From positions 1 through 44,172 of the forward strand of contig JBBROZ010000003.1 in the NCBI GenBank assembly GCA_038228785.1: a DNA stretch of 44,172 bases, given 5' to 3'. The translations under genes were made by a program, and so were the position numbers. Under the pieces are notes generated by a model that saw only the letters and a program-made list of their open reading frames with translations, was not told the DNA's origin and did not search any database. The stretch's first letter is position 1, and the number at the start of each line of letters is the position of its first letter. This document shows, one piece after another, positions 8,261-17,091 of this stretch. The stretch comes from Patescibacteria group bacterium. GTDB taxonomy: Bacteria > Patescibacteriota > Microgenomatia > Woykebacterales > JBBROZ01.

Positions 8261-8938
8261 CTAAGACTTGGGACGCCGCTTGGAGCGACGCATTAGATGA
8301 GGGAGGAAAACGGCGACTGGAATCAAAAGAATAGCCGCTAGTCCGATCCAAGGTGAGTAATCCATTTTGGCATCAGAGGCTCCAAGAACCGCCGACTGGT
8401 CGCCTTGGGCCAGATTACCGTGTCCTAGGCTGGAGACGCTAAGAAAGTGCGATTTGGCAATATTAGCTTCTGCCAATCCGTCACTAACTGCGATATTAAG
8501 CGCTAAAGAGTCCTGGTTGGGATCCGGAGTACGGGCCTTAAGATCATAAAGCTTACTTTGGATCATAATTACCGCGGCCGAGACTTTTTGATCTAAGGAA
8601 ATCTGCTCCGTTGTTGCGGAGGGGCTATTGGCGTAATCACTAGCTTGCAATAAAAGCGAGCGCATCGGCTGAAAACTATCCGGCATGCGCCAGGATTCGC
8701 CCGCCTCGACCAATTTGGCGGCTTCCGCCAAGCGCTCTCTGGCTAGTTTCAAACTAAGATCTACTTTTTGAGCAGGCGAGGGGGCTAGGGAAATCGCAAA
8801 ATTTTCTAGGAACAACTTGGCGTTATAAAACGGGGAGTCTGGTAGAATCTGCGGATTTCTCATTTCCGAAACTACCCCTAAGCCAGCTGTAGCTATACCT
8901 ATTATTAAAATTCCGCTAATTAAAAAATATATTTTCAT
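8261..8938 (-). CDS. DUF5667-like surface protein with N- and C-terminal hydrophobic segments
   Basis: ILPDSPFYNAKLFLE...KVDLSLKLARERLAEA pattern, plus a C-terminal TM helix and basic tail. Confidence 0.75.
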   Translation of the reverse strand: MKIYFLISGILIIGIATAGLGVVSEMRNPQILPDSPFYNAKLFLENFAISLAPSPAQKVDLSLKLARERLAEAAKLVEAGESWRMPDSFQPMRSLLLQASDYANSPSATTEQISLDQKVSAAVIMIQSKLYDLKARTPDPNQDSLALNIAVSDGLAEANIAKSHFLSVSSLGHGNLAQGDQSAVLGASDAKMDYSPWIGLAAILLIPVAVFLPHLMRRSKRRPKS

Positions 8939-10245
8939 TGACTCACCTTATTGGCAAAGGTTCCTACCCCGTCTCCACCACTAATTCTAACAGTGCCCAT
9001 CGTAAACATATTACCTGCTGAATGGACCGTAGCGTAAAGAGTGGTCCTGGCATCGGAAAATCCGGCCTGGGCCACCAGTCCCGCCACAGCAGCATTGAAA
9101 GCCCCATAAGGATAAGCGAAATCTAATACCGGTTTGCCAATCATCGCCTCCAGCGTAGTTTTAGAACCTTTGATCTGATTTAAGGCCTCGGCTAAGCTCT
9201 GACGCGTCAGGTCTACATGCGTCTTGGTGTGAGCGGCCACGTTCATACCCGCCTTGTCGATCGCTTTGACCATATCGGTCGTCATATAAGCGGGGTAAGA
9301 GTTGGTCACGTATTCAGAGACCACATAATTGGTTGCGATCAGGTGGTGTCGTTGTAAGATCGGAAAAGCGGCGGTATAAAAGTCACGGTAAGAATCGTCA
9401 AAAGTTAGAATAATTGGCTTACTGGGAAGTGCGGCGCCTGATTTTAGAGCGGCTACCAATTGCGCCGGATTAATGGTGTGATAGCCATTGGCCTCGAGGT
9501 AGGCGGCCTGGTTCTCTAGATCAGTCGGGGTAACCGAGAGGGCAAATCCGAGCGGATCTTTACTAGCATCGACCACTCGGACGTAGTGATACATCAAAAT
9601 TGGAACATGCGCGCTCCGAGCTGGGGGCGTAACTGGAGCTGGTTTAACGGAGTCGGCGACTTGTTGGGCCGTGGCCTGAACCGATTTGGTTTGAGCCTCG
9701 ATCGCATTCTTAAGAGCTGAGGAGGTGGGAGTTGGCGTCGTGACTGGAGTTGGAGTGGTGGTAGCGGATTTGGACAAGTTGGGCGTATTGGTGATCTGTC
9801 CGGCGGCCCATTGGTTGGTCGCGACAGCTTTGGATAGATCTTGAGTTAGAGTTTTCTTGTTGGCTTCAGCCGCTATCACTGGGGTCGAGTTTTGGATCAG
9901 ACTAGCGATCCCAGTGTTAACCTCGGCCTGAGCCGACGGGCCTAGTTTCGACACAATACTAACGGCTTTCTCTAAATGATGGCTGTACTCAGCCAAAGCC
10001 GGGCCGGAGTCGACACTGCCTGTTAAACCGCTGACTTGGTCCAATTTGGCTTTAGCCAGACTAGTCTCTAACTTAGCCTTTTCCTTGTTATCAAAAGTTA
10101 AACTTAGCTGAATATTATCTCGCAGGTTGGAGAGGAAATTTAATGAAAACCCGAGCGGTCCGGAATTGGTGGCGGCCAGAACAGGAGACGTAAGTGGCAA
10201 GACCGCTAGTGACATAACCAATAATAAGACCAGCAGTACCCTCAT
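8935..10245 (-). CDS. Secreted polysaccharide deacetylase (CE4/NodB, IcaB/PgaB-like) with an N-terminal DUF5667-like helical domain and T/P linker
   Basis: Signal peptide, then motifs VPILMYH, ILTFDDSY, AHTKTH.DL and FAYPYG. Confidence 0.88.
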   Translation of the reverse strand: MRVLLVLLLVMSLAVLPLTSPVLAATNSGPLGFSLNFLSNLRDNIQLSLTFDNKEKAKLETSLAKAKLDQVSGLTGSVDSGPALAEYSHHLEKAVSIVSKLGPSAQAEVNTGIASLIQNSTPVIAAEANKKTLTQDLSKAVATNQWAAGQITNTPNLSKSATTTPTPVTTPTPTSSALKNAIEAQTKSVQATAQQVADSVKPAPVTPPARSAHVPILMYHYVRVVDASKDPLGFALSVTPTDLENQAAYLEANGYHTINPAQLVAALKSGAALPSKPIILTFDDSYRDFYTAAFPILQRHHLIATNYVVSEYVTNSYPAYMTTDMVKAIDKAGMNVAAHTKTHVDLTRQSLAEALNQIKGSKTTLEAMIGKPVLDFAYPYGAFNAAVAGLVAQAGFSDARTTLYATVHSAGNMFTMGTVRISGGDGVGTFANKVSQ

Positions 10246-10254
10246 AGACGTATC

Positions 10255-11301
10255 TTAACCTTTCTCTAACAAATACTCTAATACAACTTTAAGGGAAGCA
10301 GCCACCGGGACGGATAAGATCAGTCCTAGAATTCCAAACAAATGCCCACCGGCCAAAACGACGAAGATCACCATGATCGGATGCAGTTTGGTCAACCTAG
10401 CATAAAGATGTGGGATGACGAAGTAATCTTCAAGTTGGCGCAAGACAAAATAACTAACGACGATAACGATGGCTAGAGTGCCAGGATCTAGCTCGAAACG
10501 GTTTTGGCCAGTTAGAAAAGCAGTCGCGGTCGCAATCCCCCCGGCGGTGATCGGGCCAACGTAAGGGATGATCTCAAGAAAACCAGTCATTATAGCCAGA
10601 ATAAGCGCGTAGCGAACTCCCAATGTCTCAAGGACTATAAATGACGCTACGCTCATAAGAGCGATTAGTATCAGTTGTCCCCGGAGGTAGTTGCCCAAAA
10701 TAACATTGACCCGTCCCCAAATTGTTCGGAAGTCGTCATGGTGGCGCTCTGGGAACATTTTGAGCAGATAATTGCGCATCTTGTGCCCATCTCTTAGCAG
10801 ATAAAATCCTGCTAGGAAAAATACCAAGATACTGATAGCCTCACGAAGTGCTCCCGAGAAAAACGGCAAGGCGCGCGACTGGTAACTAGCCGCCCCACCC
10901 CGCAAAGACTCCAGCAGTTGTTGCGCGGCAACTTTCAGACCGACATCTTGCCCGGCTAATGTCCAGTTAGGCAGTGCGTCAATAGCTTGTTGGGCCGTCG
11001 TATCAATCGTGTTACCCTCGGTAATTTGCCTGGCTTCGGTCAAGAGCTTCCCCCCGATCCAACTAAGTAGGAAGCCGAAGGCCGCGAACAATAAAACGTA
11101 AATAATAAATATCGCTAAAGTCTTGTGGAGTTTGAAGTGCTTATCAAGAGCTGTCACGACCGGGTTTAAAATGAAGGCAAATACCCCGGCTAAGGCGAAT
11201 GGAGCTAACGCTCCCCGCTCGAGGTACAAAAACATCACCAAAAGTATGGCAAAAACTGCTAAAGCTAGCTGGCGACTACTGGTGCTCATCACTCTTAGCA
11301 T
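10255..11301 (-). CDS. AI-2E family transporter (start may be the ATG at 11289)
   Basis: Multiple TM helices and motifs AFILNPVV, YLRGQL, IPYVGP, LHP...LAGG.LFGILGLILSVP. Confidence 0.92.
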   Translation of the reverse strand: MLRVMSTSSRQLALAVFAILLVMFLYLERGALAPFALAGVFAFILNPVVTALDKHFKLHKTLAIFIIYVLLFAAFGFLLSWIGGKLLTEARQITEGNTIDTTAQQAIDALPNWTLAGQDVGLKVAAQQLLESLRGGAASYQSRALPFFSGALREAISILVFFLAGFYLLRDGHKMRNYLLKMFPERHHDDFRTIWGRVNVILGNYLRGQLILIALMSVASFIVLETLGVRYALILAIMTGFLEIIPYVGPITAGGIATATAFLTGQNRFELDPGTLAIVIVVSYFVLRQLEDYFVIPHLYARLTKLHPIMVIFVVLAGGHLFGILGLILSVPVAASLKVVLEYLLEKG

Positions 11302-12193
11302 ACCAGGACGAGATCTGCTTTTCTACGTCAGACTCCCAGTTTGGAATCATCGTGTCAAACCAGTAAATTCTTCCGTCACGGCGAAACCAGGTCATTTGGC
11401 GGCGGATGTACCCATGAATGTCGAACTTGACCCGCTTGGTCGCTTCAGGCAGGGATATTTTACCGTCTAGGAACATCCCCATTTGTCGATAACCAAGGCT
11501 GCTCATAGACGGCAGGTTGTCTGGAAAACGAGATTTTAGATCTTTAACCTCACCAAGCCACCCCTGCTTCAACCACTCATCCACCCGCTCGTCGGCCCGA
11601 CGATAAAGCTCCTCTCTGGGAGCAGTCAAACCGATTTGCAAGCTCTCGTAGCGACGATGATAAAGGCGTCCGATGACAGAAAAGGGCTGCCCACTCAGCT
11701 CACTAACCTCAATAGCCCGGATGAGACGTCTTTTGTTGGTGGGCGGAATTGCCTTGACGCTATCAGGATCGATGGCCTCTAGACGCCGGACCAGCTCGGG
11801 GACTTCTAACTTTTCTAACTGTGATCTTAATAGGAGATCAGGAGGGAGGTGAGGAATCTTAAGGCCGTCAACCAATGCTTGGATGTAAAGACCAGTCCCG
11901 CCAACCACCAGCGGCTTGGAACCAGACATAAGAATTCTGTCGATGGCATCGTAGGCCAGGGCTTGGTAAGTCGCTAGGCTAAAGGGCTCGTCAGGGGCGA
12001 CCAGGTCAAGGAGGTGATGTTTAACTTTACTTTGTTCTAGAATAGTTGGCTTGGCAGTTCCAATGTCCATCCCCTGATAGACTTGCCTTGAATCGGCTGA
12101 AACAATCTCAGCGCCTAATTTCCGAGCCAGTTTTAGAGCCAATTCAGTTTTTCCAACTCCCGTTGGACCGGTAATAACGATTATTTTTTCCAT
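11276..12193 (-). CDS. miaA: tRNA dimethylallyltransferase
   Basis: Motifs GPTGVGKT, SADSRQVYQGMDIGTAKP, VGGTGLY and RRQMTWFR. Confidence 0.97.
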   Translation of the reverse strand: MEKIIVITGPTGVGKTELALKLARKLGAEIVSADSRQVYQGMDIGTAKPTILEQSKVKHHLLDLVAPDEPFSLATYQALAYDAIDRILMSGSKPLVVGGTGLYIQALVDGLKIPHLPPDLLLRSQLEKLEVPELVRRLEAIDPDSVKAIPPTNKRRLIRAIEVSELSGQPFSVIGRLYHRRYESLQIGLTAPREELYRRADERVDEWLKQGWLGEVKDLKSRFPDNLPSMSSLGYRQMGMFLDGKISLPEATKRVKFDIHGYIRRQMTWFRRDGRIYWFDTMIPNWESDVEKQISSWYAKSDEHQ

Positions 12194-12195
12194 GT

Positions 12196-12573
12196 TTAGT
12201 AGTAAAGCGCGAGGAAAGCCGGGAGGTAGAGATAAAGTCCCACGATCCCAGCCAGAAGGGTGATGATGAGAACCGCCCCGGCCGAGGCGTCTTTGGAAAG
12301 TTTGGCTAGGGGGTGGTGCTCGACATGCACCGAGTCGATGAGCGCTTCAAGGGCGGTGTTAAACATCTCAAAACTGAGTACCAGCAAAATGGTACCAATT
12401 ACGATCACAAATTTGGTCAGGGTAAATTCTAAAACGTAGGCCAAAAATAAGGCGATTAGACCAAGGATGATCTCTAGTCTGAAATTACGCTGCGTCGACA
12501 AGGACGTTAAGATCCCAACCCAGGCGTTTTTTAGAGAGTTGAAATGAAAACGGGGGTGGTGCTCGGAGAGCAT
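12196..12573 (-). CDS. dgkA: Diacylglycerol/undecaprenol kinase family protein
   Basis: Motifs QRNFR, EMFNTALEALID and KLSKDASAGAVL. Confidence 0.92.
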   Translation of the reverse strand: MLSEHHPRFHFNSLKNAWVGILTSLSTQRNFRLEIILGLIALFLAYVLEFTLTKFVIVIGTILLVLSFEMFNTALEALIDSVHVEHHPLAKLSKDASAGAVLIITLLAGIVGLYLYLPAFLALYY

Positions 12574-12575
12574 AG

Positions 12576-12848
12576 CTATTTGACGAGCTTTTTTAGTGAT
12601 TTACTGGCGACGAAGCCGACAGTTTTCATGGCTGGAAGTTGCATTCCTTGACCAGTCTTAGGGTTGCGTCCGTGACGGGCCCGTCTGGTCCTAATGACAA
12701 AGGTCCCAAAGCCCGAGAAAACAACCTTGTCGCCTTTGGCTAATGATTTACTGACCTCGTTAAAAACCGCATCAACCGCTTCCTTGGCCGCTTTTTTGGT
12801 TAATTTGGCCTCACGGGCAACTTGTTCTGAGATATCGGTCTTTAGCAT
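12576..12848 (-). CDS. hup: DNA-binding protein HU
   Basis: Motif GFGTF...R.GRNPKTG...F.ASKSLK. Confidence 0.96.
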   Translation of the reverse strand: MLKTDISEQVAREAKLTKKAAKEAVDAVFNEVSKSLAKGDKVVFSGFGTFVIRTRRARHGRNPKTGQGMQLPAMKTVGFVASKSLKKLVK

Positions 12849-12857
12849 GGTAGCTTC

Positions 12858-12886
12858 AATGTAGCATTTAACGATCTAGCAAGCAA
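12858..12886 (-). promoter_or_regulatory. Promoter of hup
   Basis: TTGCTT(12886-12881)-17 nt-TACATT(12863-12858), with an extended TG, 9 nt before the ATG. Confidence 0.5.
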
Positions 12887-12894
12887 ATTAACCA

Positions 12895-14460
12895 CTATTT
12901 CGCAATCGCCACGGCCCGGTTTTCGCGGATCACTGTGACTTTGACTTGACCTGGATAAACCATACTATCGTGAATCTTGGTCGCGATATCATTCGCCAGC
13001 TTAGTCATAGTCGCGTCATCAATTTCGGTTGGGATGACGATCACTCTGACCTCACGCCCAGCGGAGATGGCGAAGCTCTTCTCCACTCCTTTGAAGGAAT
13101 TGGCGATATTTTCGAGTCCTTGGATCCTTTTAATGTAGTCCTCAACATGCTCGTGTCTAGCTCCCGGCCTCGACCCCGAGATAGCGTCAGCGATCCAAAC
13201 GATGATTGACTCAATTGAGCTAAAGGGCTTGTCCTCGTGGTGCTCGGCGATGATGTTGACGACTTTTTCTGGCATGTTAAATCTCTTCGCGATATCAACT
13301 CCCAACTGGATATGCGTCCCTTCAGCTTCAGCCGTCATGGTCTTACCGATATCGTGCATCAACGCCCCTAGTTTGACAGTCTGAACATCGGCGCCAATTT
13401 CTTGGGCGATAACGGTCGCAATCTTGGTTTCTTCCAAGGTGTGCAAGATCATGTTTTGGCCGTAACTAAAGCGGTACTTGAAACGTCCGAGCTGGGCGAC
13501 CAAGTCTTGCGGAAGAGTCAACACGCCGACTTCGCGCACTAAGCGCTCACCTTCAGTGAACATGAGTTTCTCAATATCTTTTTGAGTGTGAGCCACGATC
13601 TCTTCGATCTTGGCCGGCTGGATTCGTCCGTCGGCAATGAGTCTCTCCAAAGAAACACGAGCGATCTCCCGACGGACCCCGTCGAAGCAAGACAGCTGGA
13701 CTTCACCCGGCGACTCGTCCAAATCAACGTCGACTCCAGTCGCTTTCTCAAAGGCCTGAATATTACGGCCTTCTCGTCCAATAATCCTAGCCTTCATATC
13801 CTCAGCTGGGAGCTTGACTCGGCTGACAGTGTACTCTGGAACGTAGTCGGTGGCCATACGCTGCATCGCCCCCACTAAAATTTCCCGACCTTTTTCATCG
13901 GCAGTCTCTTTGGCTGTAGCTTCAGCGTCTTTAATTTTCTTAGCGATATCTTCTTTGAGTCGGTTCTCGAGTCCATCCATCAGTAGTTTCCTGGCCTCGT
14001 CGCGACTCAGTCCGGCCGCGCGCTCGAGTTTGGCCATCTGCTCGACTTTGATCTTCTCAACGTCTTCTGTCTTAGTGACTAATTCGTCGAATTTTACCTG
14101 CAGGGACTTTTCGCGCTCCTCAATGGAACCTAGCTTGCGGTCGATATTGATCTCGCGCTCTCTAGTTCTTTGTTCATGGGCCCTGGCCTCGCCGCGGATG
14201 CGTCGTCCGTCTTCTTCGGCTTGGGTACGAAGTTTAGCCGCTTCGACTTTGGCTAGATCTAGCATCCTGGCAGATTCGGCTTTGGCGTCATCCAGAGTTT
14301 TGGCGGCAGCTGGGTTAACAGTCGCGGCGACCACTTTAGGAGCTGCTCCAAGCTTGTCTAATTTTTTGGTTAGTTTCTGGAAATAAAGATAAAAGTAACC
14401 GCTACCGGCTACAGCCGCTAAAGCCGCGACTGCGGCGACAATTGTGACTATTTCTGACAT
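12895..14460 (-). CDS. rny: Ribonuclease Y
   Basis: N-terminal TM helix, coiled coil, KH domain (MKARIIGREGRNI), HD domain (SYGQN..H, HDIGK), ADAISGSRPGAR and YPGQVKVTVIRE. Confidence 0.96.
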   Translation of the reverse strand: MSEIVTIVAAVAALAAVAGSGYFYLYFQKLTKKLDKLGAAPKVVAATVNPAAAKTLDDAKAESARMLDLAKVEAAKLRTQAEEDGRRIRGEARAHEQRTREREINIDRKLGSIEEREKSLQVKFDELVTKTEDVEKIKVEQMAKLERAAGLSRDEARKLLMDGLENRLKEDIAKKIKDAEATAKETADEKGREILVGAMQRMATDYVPEYTVSRVKLPAEDMKARIIGREGRNIQAFEKATGVDVDLDESPGEVQLSCFDGVRREIARVSLERLIADGRIQPAKIEEIVAHTQKDIEKLMFTEGERLVREVGVLTLPQDLVAQLGRFKYRFSYGQNMILHTLEETKIATVIAQEIGADVQTVKLGALMHDIGKTMTAEAEGTHIQLGVDIAKRFNMPEKVVNIIAEHHEDKPFSSIESIIVWIADAISGSRPGARHEHVEDYIKRIQGLENIANSFKGVEKSFAISAGREVRVIVIPTEIDDATMTKLANDIATKIHDSMVYPGQVKVTVIRENRAVAIAK

Positions 14461-14505
14461 TGGTTTGTTTCCTCATATAAAGCCCCGAATCGGGGCAGCT
14501 ACATT

Positions 14506-15144
14506 CTATCTTTCCCTGGTAAACCTGTCAACGACGCCTTGGATCTCGTCCCAGTCGTAACCTTTACGAGCCAAGAAATTACTAAGTTTAGTTTGAAACT
14601 CTTGCCTAGGAAGTTTGGCGTAGGAAACGGCTTTCTTCGCTGCCAACTTCTCAATTTCCGAGGCTGGCGTTTCATAGGCAAAAAACAGCTCGTCAATAAT
14701 ATCTCGGGGTACGCCTTTGGCATGAAGCTCGCTCCGAAGCATCCGCTCGCCTCTAGGCTTAAATTTTTTTCTTTGCTCAACCCACCACCGGGCAAATTCC
14801 AGGTCACTCAGAAGTTTCATCTGGGTAAGCTTAACCACCACCTCGCTAAGGATCTTGGCGGGATCGACGTAGTCACCTCGGTCTAGTTTGTTGGTGAGAT
14901 TGTCCCGGACTTCCTTTACTGATCTGGGACGATAGGACAGGAAATTCTGGGCCGAAAATAACAGCTTGGACACTTGGTCCCCCGAAACTAATGAGCGGAC
15001 TTCCGCCTCGATTAGATTTTGTCCAATCTTAAGACGGTTTTCAAATCTCGACTCAGCGGCGATACCAAAACCAAACTTGCCATCGAGGTAAACATTCTCC
15101 CGTAAGGGATCCTTGGCTTGGGGACGGATATCAGTAATGATCAA
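14506..15144 (-). CDS. recX: Recombination regulator RecX
   Basis: Lies directly downstream of recA. Motifs FLSYRPRS.KE, D.EFARWWVE.R, ELHAKGV and FLARKGY. Confidence 0.92.
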   Translation of the reverse strand: MIITDIRPQAKDPLRENVYLDGKFGFGIAAESRFENRLKIGQNLIEAEVRSLVSGDQVSKLLFSAQNFLSYRPRSVKEVRDNLTNKLDRGDYVDPAKILSEVVVKLTQMKLLSDLEFARWWVEQRKKFKPRGERMLRSELHAKGVPRDIIDELFFAYETPASEIEKLAAKKAVSYAKLPRQEFQTKLSNFLARKGYDWDEIQGVVDRFTRER

Positions 15145-15150
15145 AGAAAA

Positions 15151-16221
15151 CTACTCCGCGACTACGTCGTCTTCTGGCTCGGCCTTATCTTCATCCATAC
15201 CCACTTCCAAGATTGGCTTACCTGACAAAAGAATTTCTTTGGCTTCTTTTTCGATCTCGGCAGCCACTTTGGGGTGCTCTTTTAGATACTCCTTGGCCGC
15301 TTCACGTCCTTGGGAAATCTTCTCGTCTTTGTAACTAAACCAAGCGCCGGTTTTTTGCAACACCCCGGCTTCAACAGCGACATCAATGATCGACCCAACT
15401 CGGCTGATCCCCTCGTTATACATGATGTCGAACTCAGCAATCCTAAAAGGGGCGGCGACTTTATTTTTGACGACCTTGGCCCGGGTTCTATTGCCAACAA
15501 TGCGGTCGCCGTCTTTGATGGAATCGATCCGGCGCACGTCTAGTCGGACTGAGGAGTAAAACTTAAGTGCCCGACCTCCTGGGGTAGTTTCAGGATTACC
15601 GAACATAATACCGATTTTTTCCCGCAGTTGGTTGGTGAAGATCACTAGGGCATTTGACTTGGAAATAGCCGAGGTCAGTTTACGTAGTGCTTGGCTCATC
15701 AGTCTGGCTTGCAGACCCATATGCGAATCTCCCATCTCGCCCTCGATCTCAGCGCGTGGGGTCAAAGCGGCCACCGAGTCAATCACGATCACATCCAATG
15801 CTCCGCTTCTGACCAACGTCTCAACAATTTCCAAGGCTTGTTCACCGGTATCCGGCTGGGAGAGTAGGAGCTCATTAATATCGACCCCGATCTTCTTGGC
15901 GTAACTAGCGTCCAGGGCATGCTCGGCGTCAACAAAAGCTGCCACCCCGCCCCGCTTTTGGGCCTCGGCAATGACGTGCAGGGCCAGAGTCGTCTTACCC
16001 GATCCTTCCGGGCCGAAGATTTCAACAATCCGGCCTTTGGGTAGTCCGCCGACCCCTAGGGCAATATCTAGTGCCACCGAGCCGGTTGGGATGACATCAA
16101 TGATCATTTTATTTTGTTGGGACTCGCCTAGTTTCATGATCGAGCCTTTACCAAACTGCTTCTCGATCTGACCCATCGCCATGCTGATTGCTTCTAACTT
16201 GCCTTTGTCTAGTGTTGCCAT
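15151..16221 (-). CDS. recA: Recombinase RecA
   Basis: Motifs [41 protein letters not shown] and KNKVAAPF, with an SD AAGGAG. Confidence 0.99.
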   Translation of the reverse strand: MATLDKGKLEAISMAMGQIEKQFGKGSIMKLGESQQNKMIIDVIPTGSVALDIALGVGGLPKGRIVEIFGPEGSGKTTLALHVIAEAQKRGGVAAFVDAEHALDASYAKKIGVDINELLLSQPDTGEQALEIVETLVRSGALDVIVIDSVAALTPRAEIEGEMGDSHMGLQARLMSQALRKLTSAISKSNALVIFTNQLREKIGIMFGNPETTPGGRALKFYSSVRLDVRRIDSIKDGDRIVGNRTRAKVVKNKVAAPFRIAEFDIMYNEGISRVGSIIDVAVEAGVLQKTGAWFSYKDEKISQGREAAKEYLKEHPKVAAEIEKEAKEILLSGKPILEVGMDEDKAEPEDDVVAE

Positions 16222-16275
16222 ATTGCTCCTTTATAAAATAAAACGGCCACCGATATTCGGCAGCCTCTAACAGTT

Positions 16276-16304
16276 ATTATGGATTGTTATAAGAGTTTTT
16301 ACAA
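16276..16304 (-). promoter_or_regulatory. Promoter of recA
   Basis: TTGTAA(16304-16299)-17 nt-CATAAT(16281-16276). Confidence 0.55.
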
Positions 16305-16336
16305 CTAACAGGCGTGATAATTTATCTAATGAACAA

Positions 16337-16413
16337 TGGTCGGGGTGGCCGGTTCCGCCCCGGCGACCTCGCGGCCCCCAGCCGCGCGCGCTGACTAGCT
16401 GCGCCACACCCCG
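16337..16413 (-). tRNA. tRNA-Pro(GGG) with non-canonical D- and T-loops
   Basis: Full cloverleaf: acceptor CGGGGTG/CACCCCG, D-stem GCGC/GCGC, anticodon arm CGCGG-CTGGGGG-CCGCG, T-arm GCCGG-GGCGGAA-CCGGC. It carries the Pro identity elements C1-G72 and A73, and the CCA is encoded. Confidence 0.93.
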
Positions 16414-16480
16414 AAAAAATGTAATCAACTAGTAAATTAATTACGCAGGTATTCTACCATTAGATCAGAAGATATGAAAC

Positions 16481-16612
16481 TTATTTAGTGAGTTGGTAAG
16501 TGGTAGTAGTTCCGCTCGGACGTAGTAGGAAGTAGTAAACTCCCGCGTAAACGACAGCCCCGATTAAAGCGTAGATGACAACCCATTGCCAAAGAGGACG
16601 TTTACCATACAT
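16481..16612 (-). CDS. 43-aa single-TM small protein; not in the ORF track
   Basis: MYGKRPLWQWVVIYALIGAVVYAGVYYFLLRPSGTTTTYQLTK*. It has its own promoter, TGGACA-17 nt-CACAAT, 6 nt before the ATG. Confidence 0.75.
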   Translation of the reverse strand: MYGKRPLWQWVVIYALIGAVVYAGVYYFLLRPSGTTTTYQLTK

Positions 16613-16650
16613 AAGATTATTGTGAACGCTTGTTTGGACGATGTCCAGTT

Positions 16651-17091
16651 TTAGCGAGTTGGAGACGACTTGGCTTTTCTGGCACCCATCAGTCCGAAGT
16701 GTCTAGACTCCCGCATTCTGGGGTCACGTCTCAGGTATCCTGCTCTAGACAAGGTTGGACGAAGTGTCTCATCGTAAGCCACGAGAGCTCTAGCGATCCC
16801 GTGCACGACTGCTCCCAGCTGAGAATTTTTACCACCGCCATTAGTCTTGATGGTTGCCGAAACGGTGTCTAATCTGCCGACTGCTTTAAGGGGGGCTTCG
16901 AAAGAAATCTTCGACTGCACGCCTGGGAAATATTCCGCGATTGGCTTATCGTTAACTACTAGATCCTTGCCTCCCAAGGTCATGCGGACTCTAGCAACCG
17001 AGCTCTTGCGCCGGCCGGTGCCAAACCAAAAATCCGTCTTATCGGTCTTAACTTCTGCTACTTCGGTAACAGGTGCAACTGCCTTAGCCAT
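16651..17091 (-). CDS. rpsI: 30S ribosomal protein S9
   Basis: Motifs GTGRRKSSVARV, GGG, HGIARAL and RDPRMRE. Confidence 0.97.
   Translation of the reverse strand: MAKAVAPVTEVAEVKTDKTDFWFGTGRRKSSVARVRMTLGGKDLVVNDKPIAEYFPGVQSKISFEAPLKAVGRLDTVSATIKTNGGGKNSQLGAVVHGIARALVAYDETLRPTLSRAGYLRRDPRMRESRHFGLMGARKAKSSPTR

Noticed and set aside
14482-14497. GCCCCGAATCGGGGC hairpin between recX and rny, resembling the hairpin near 4192
   Set aside because: The similarity is short and there are only two loose copies. It is better explained as an ordinary stem-loop than a repeat family.
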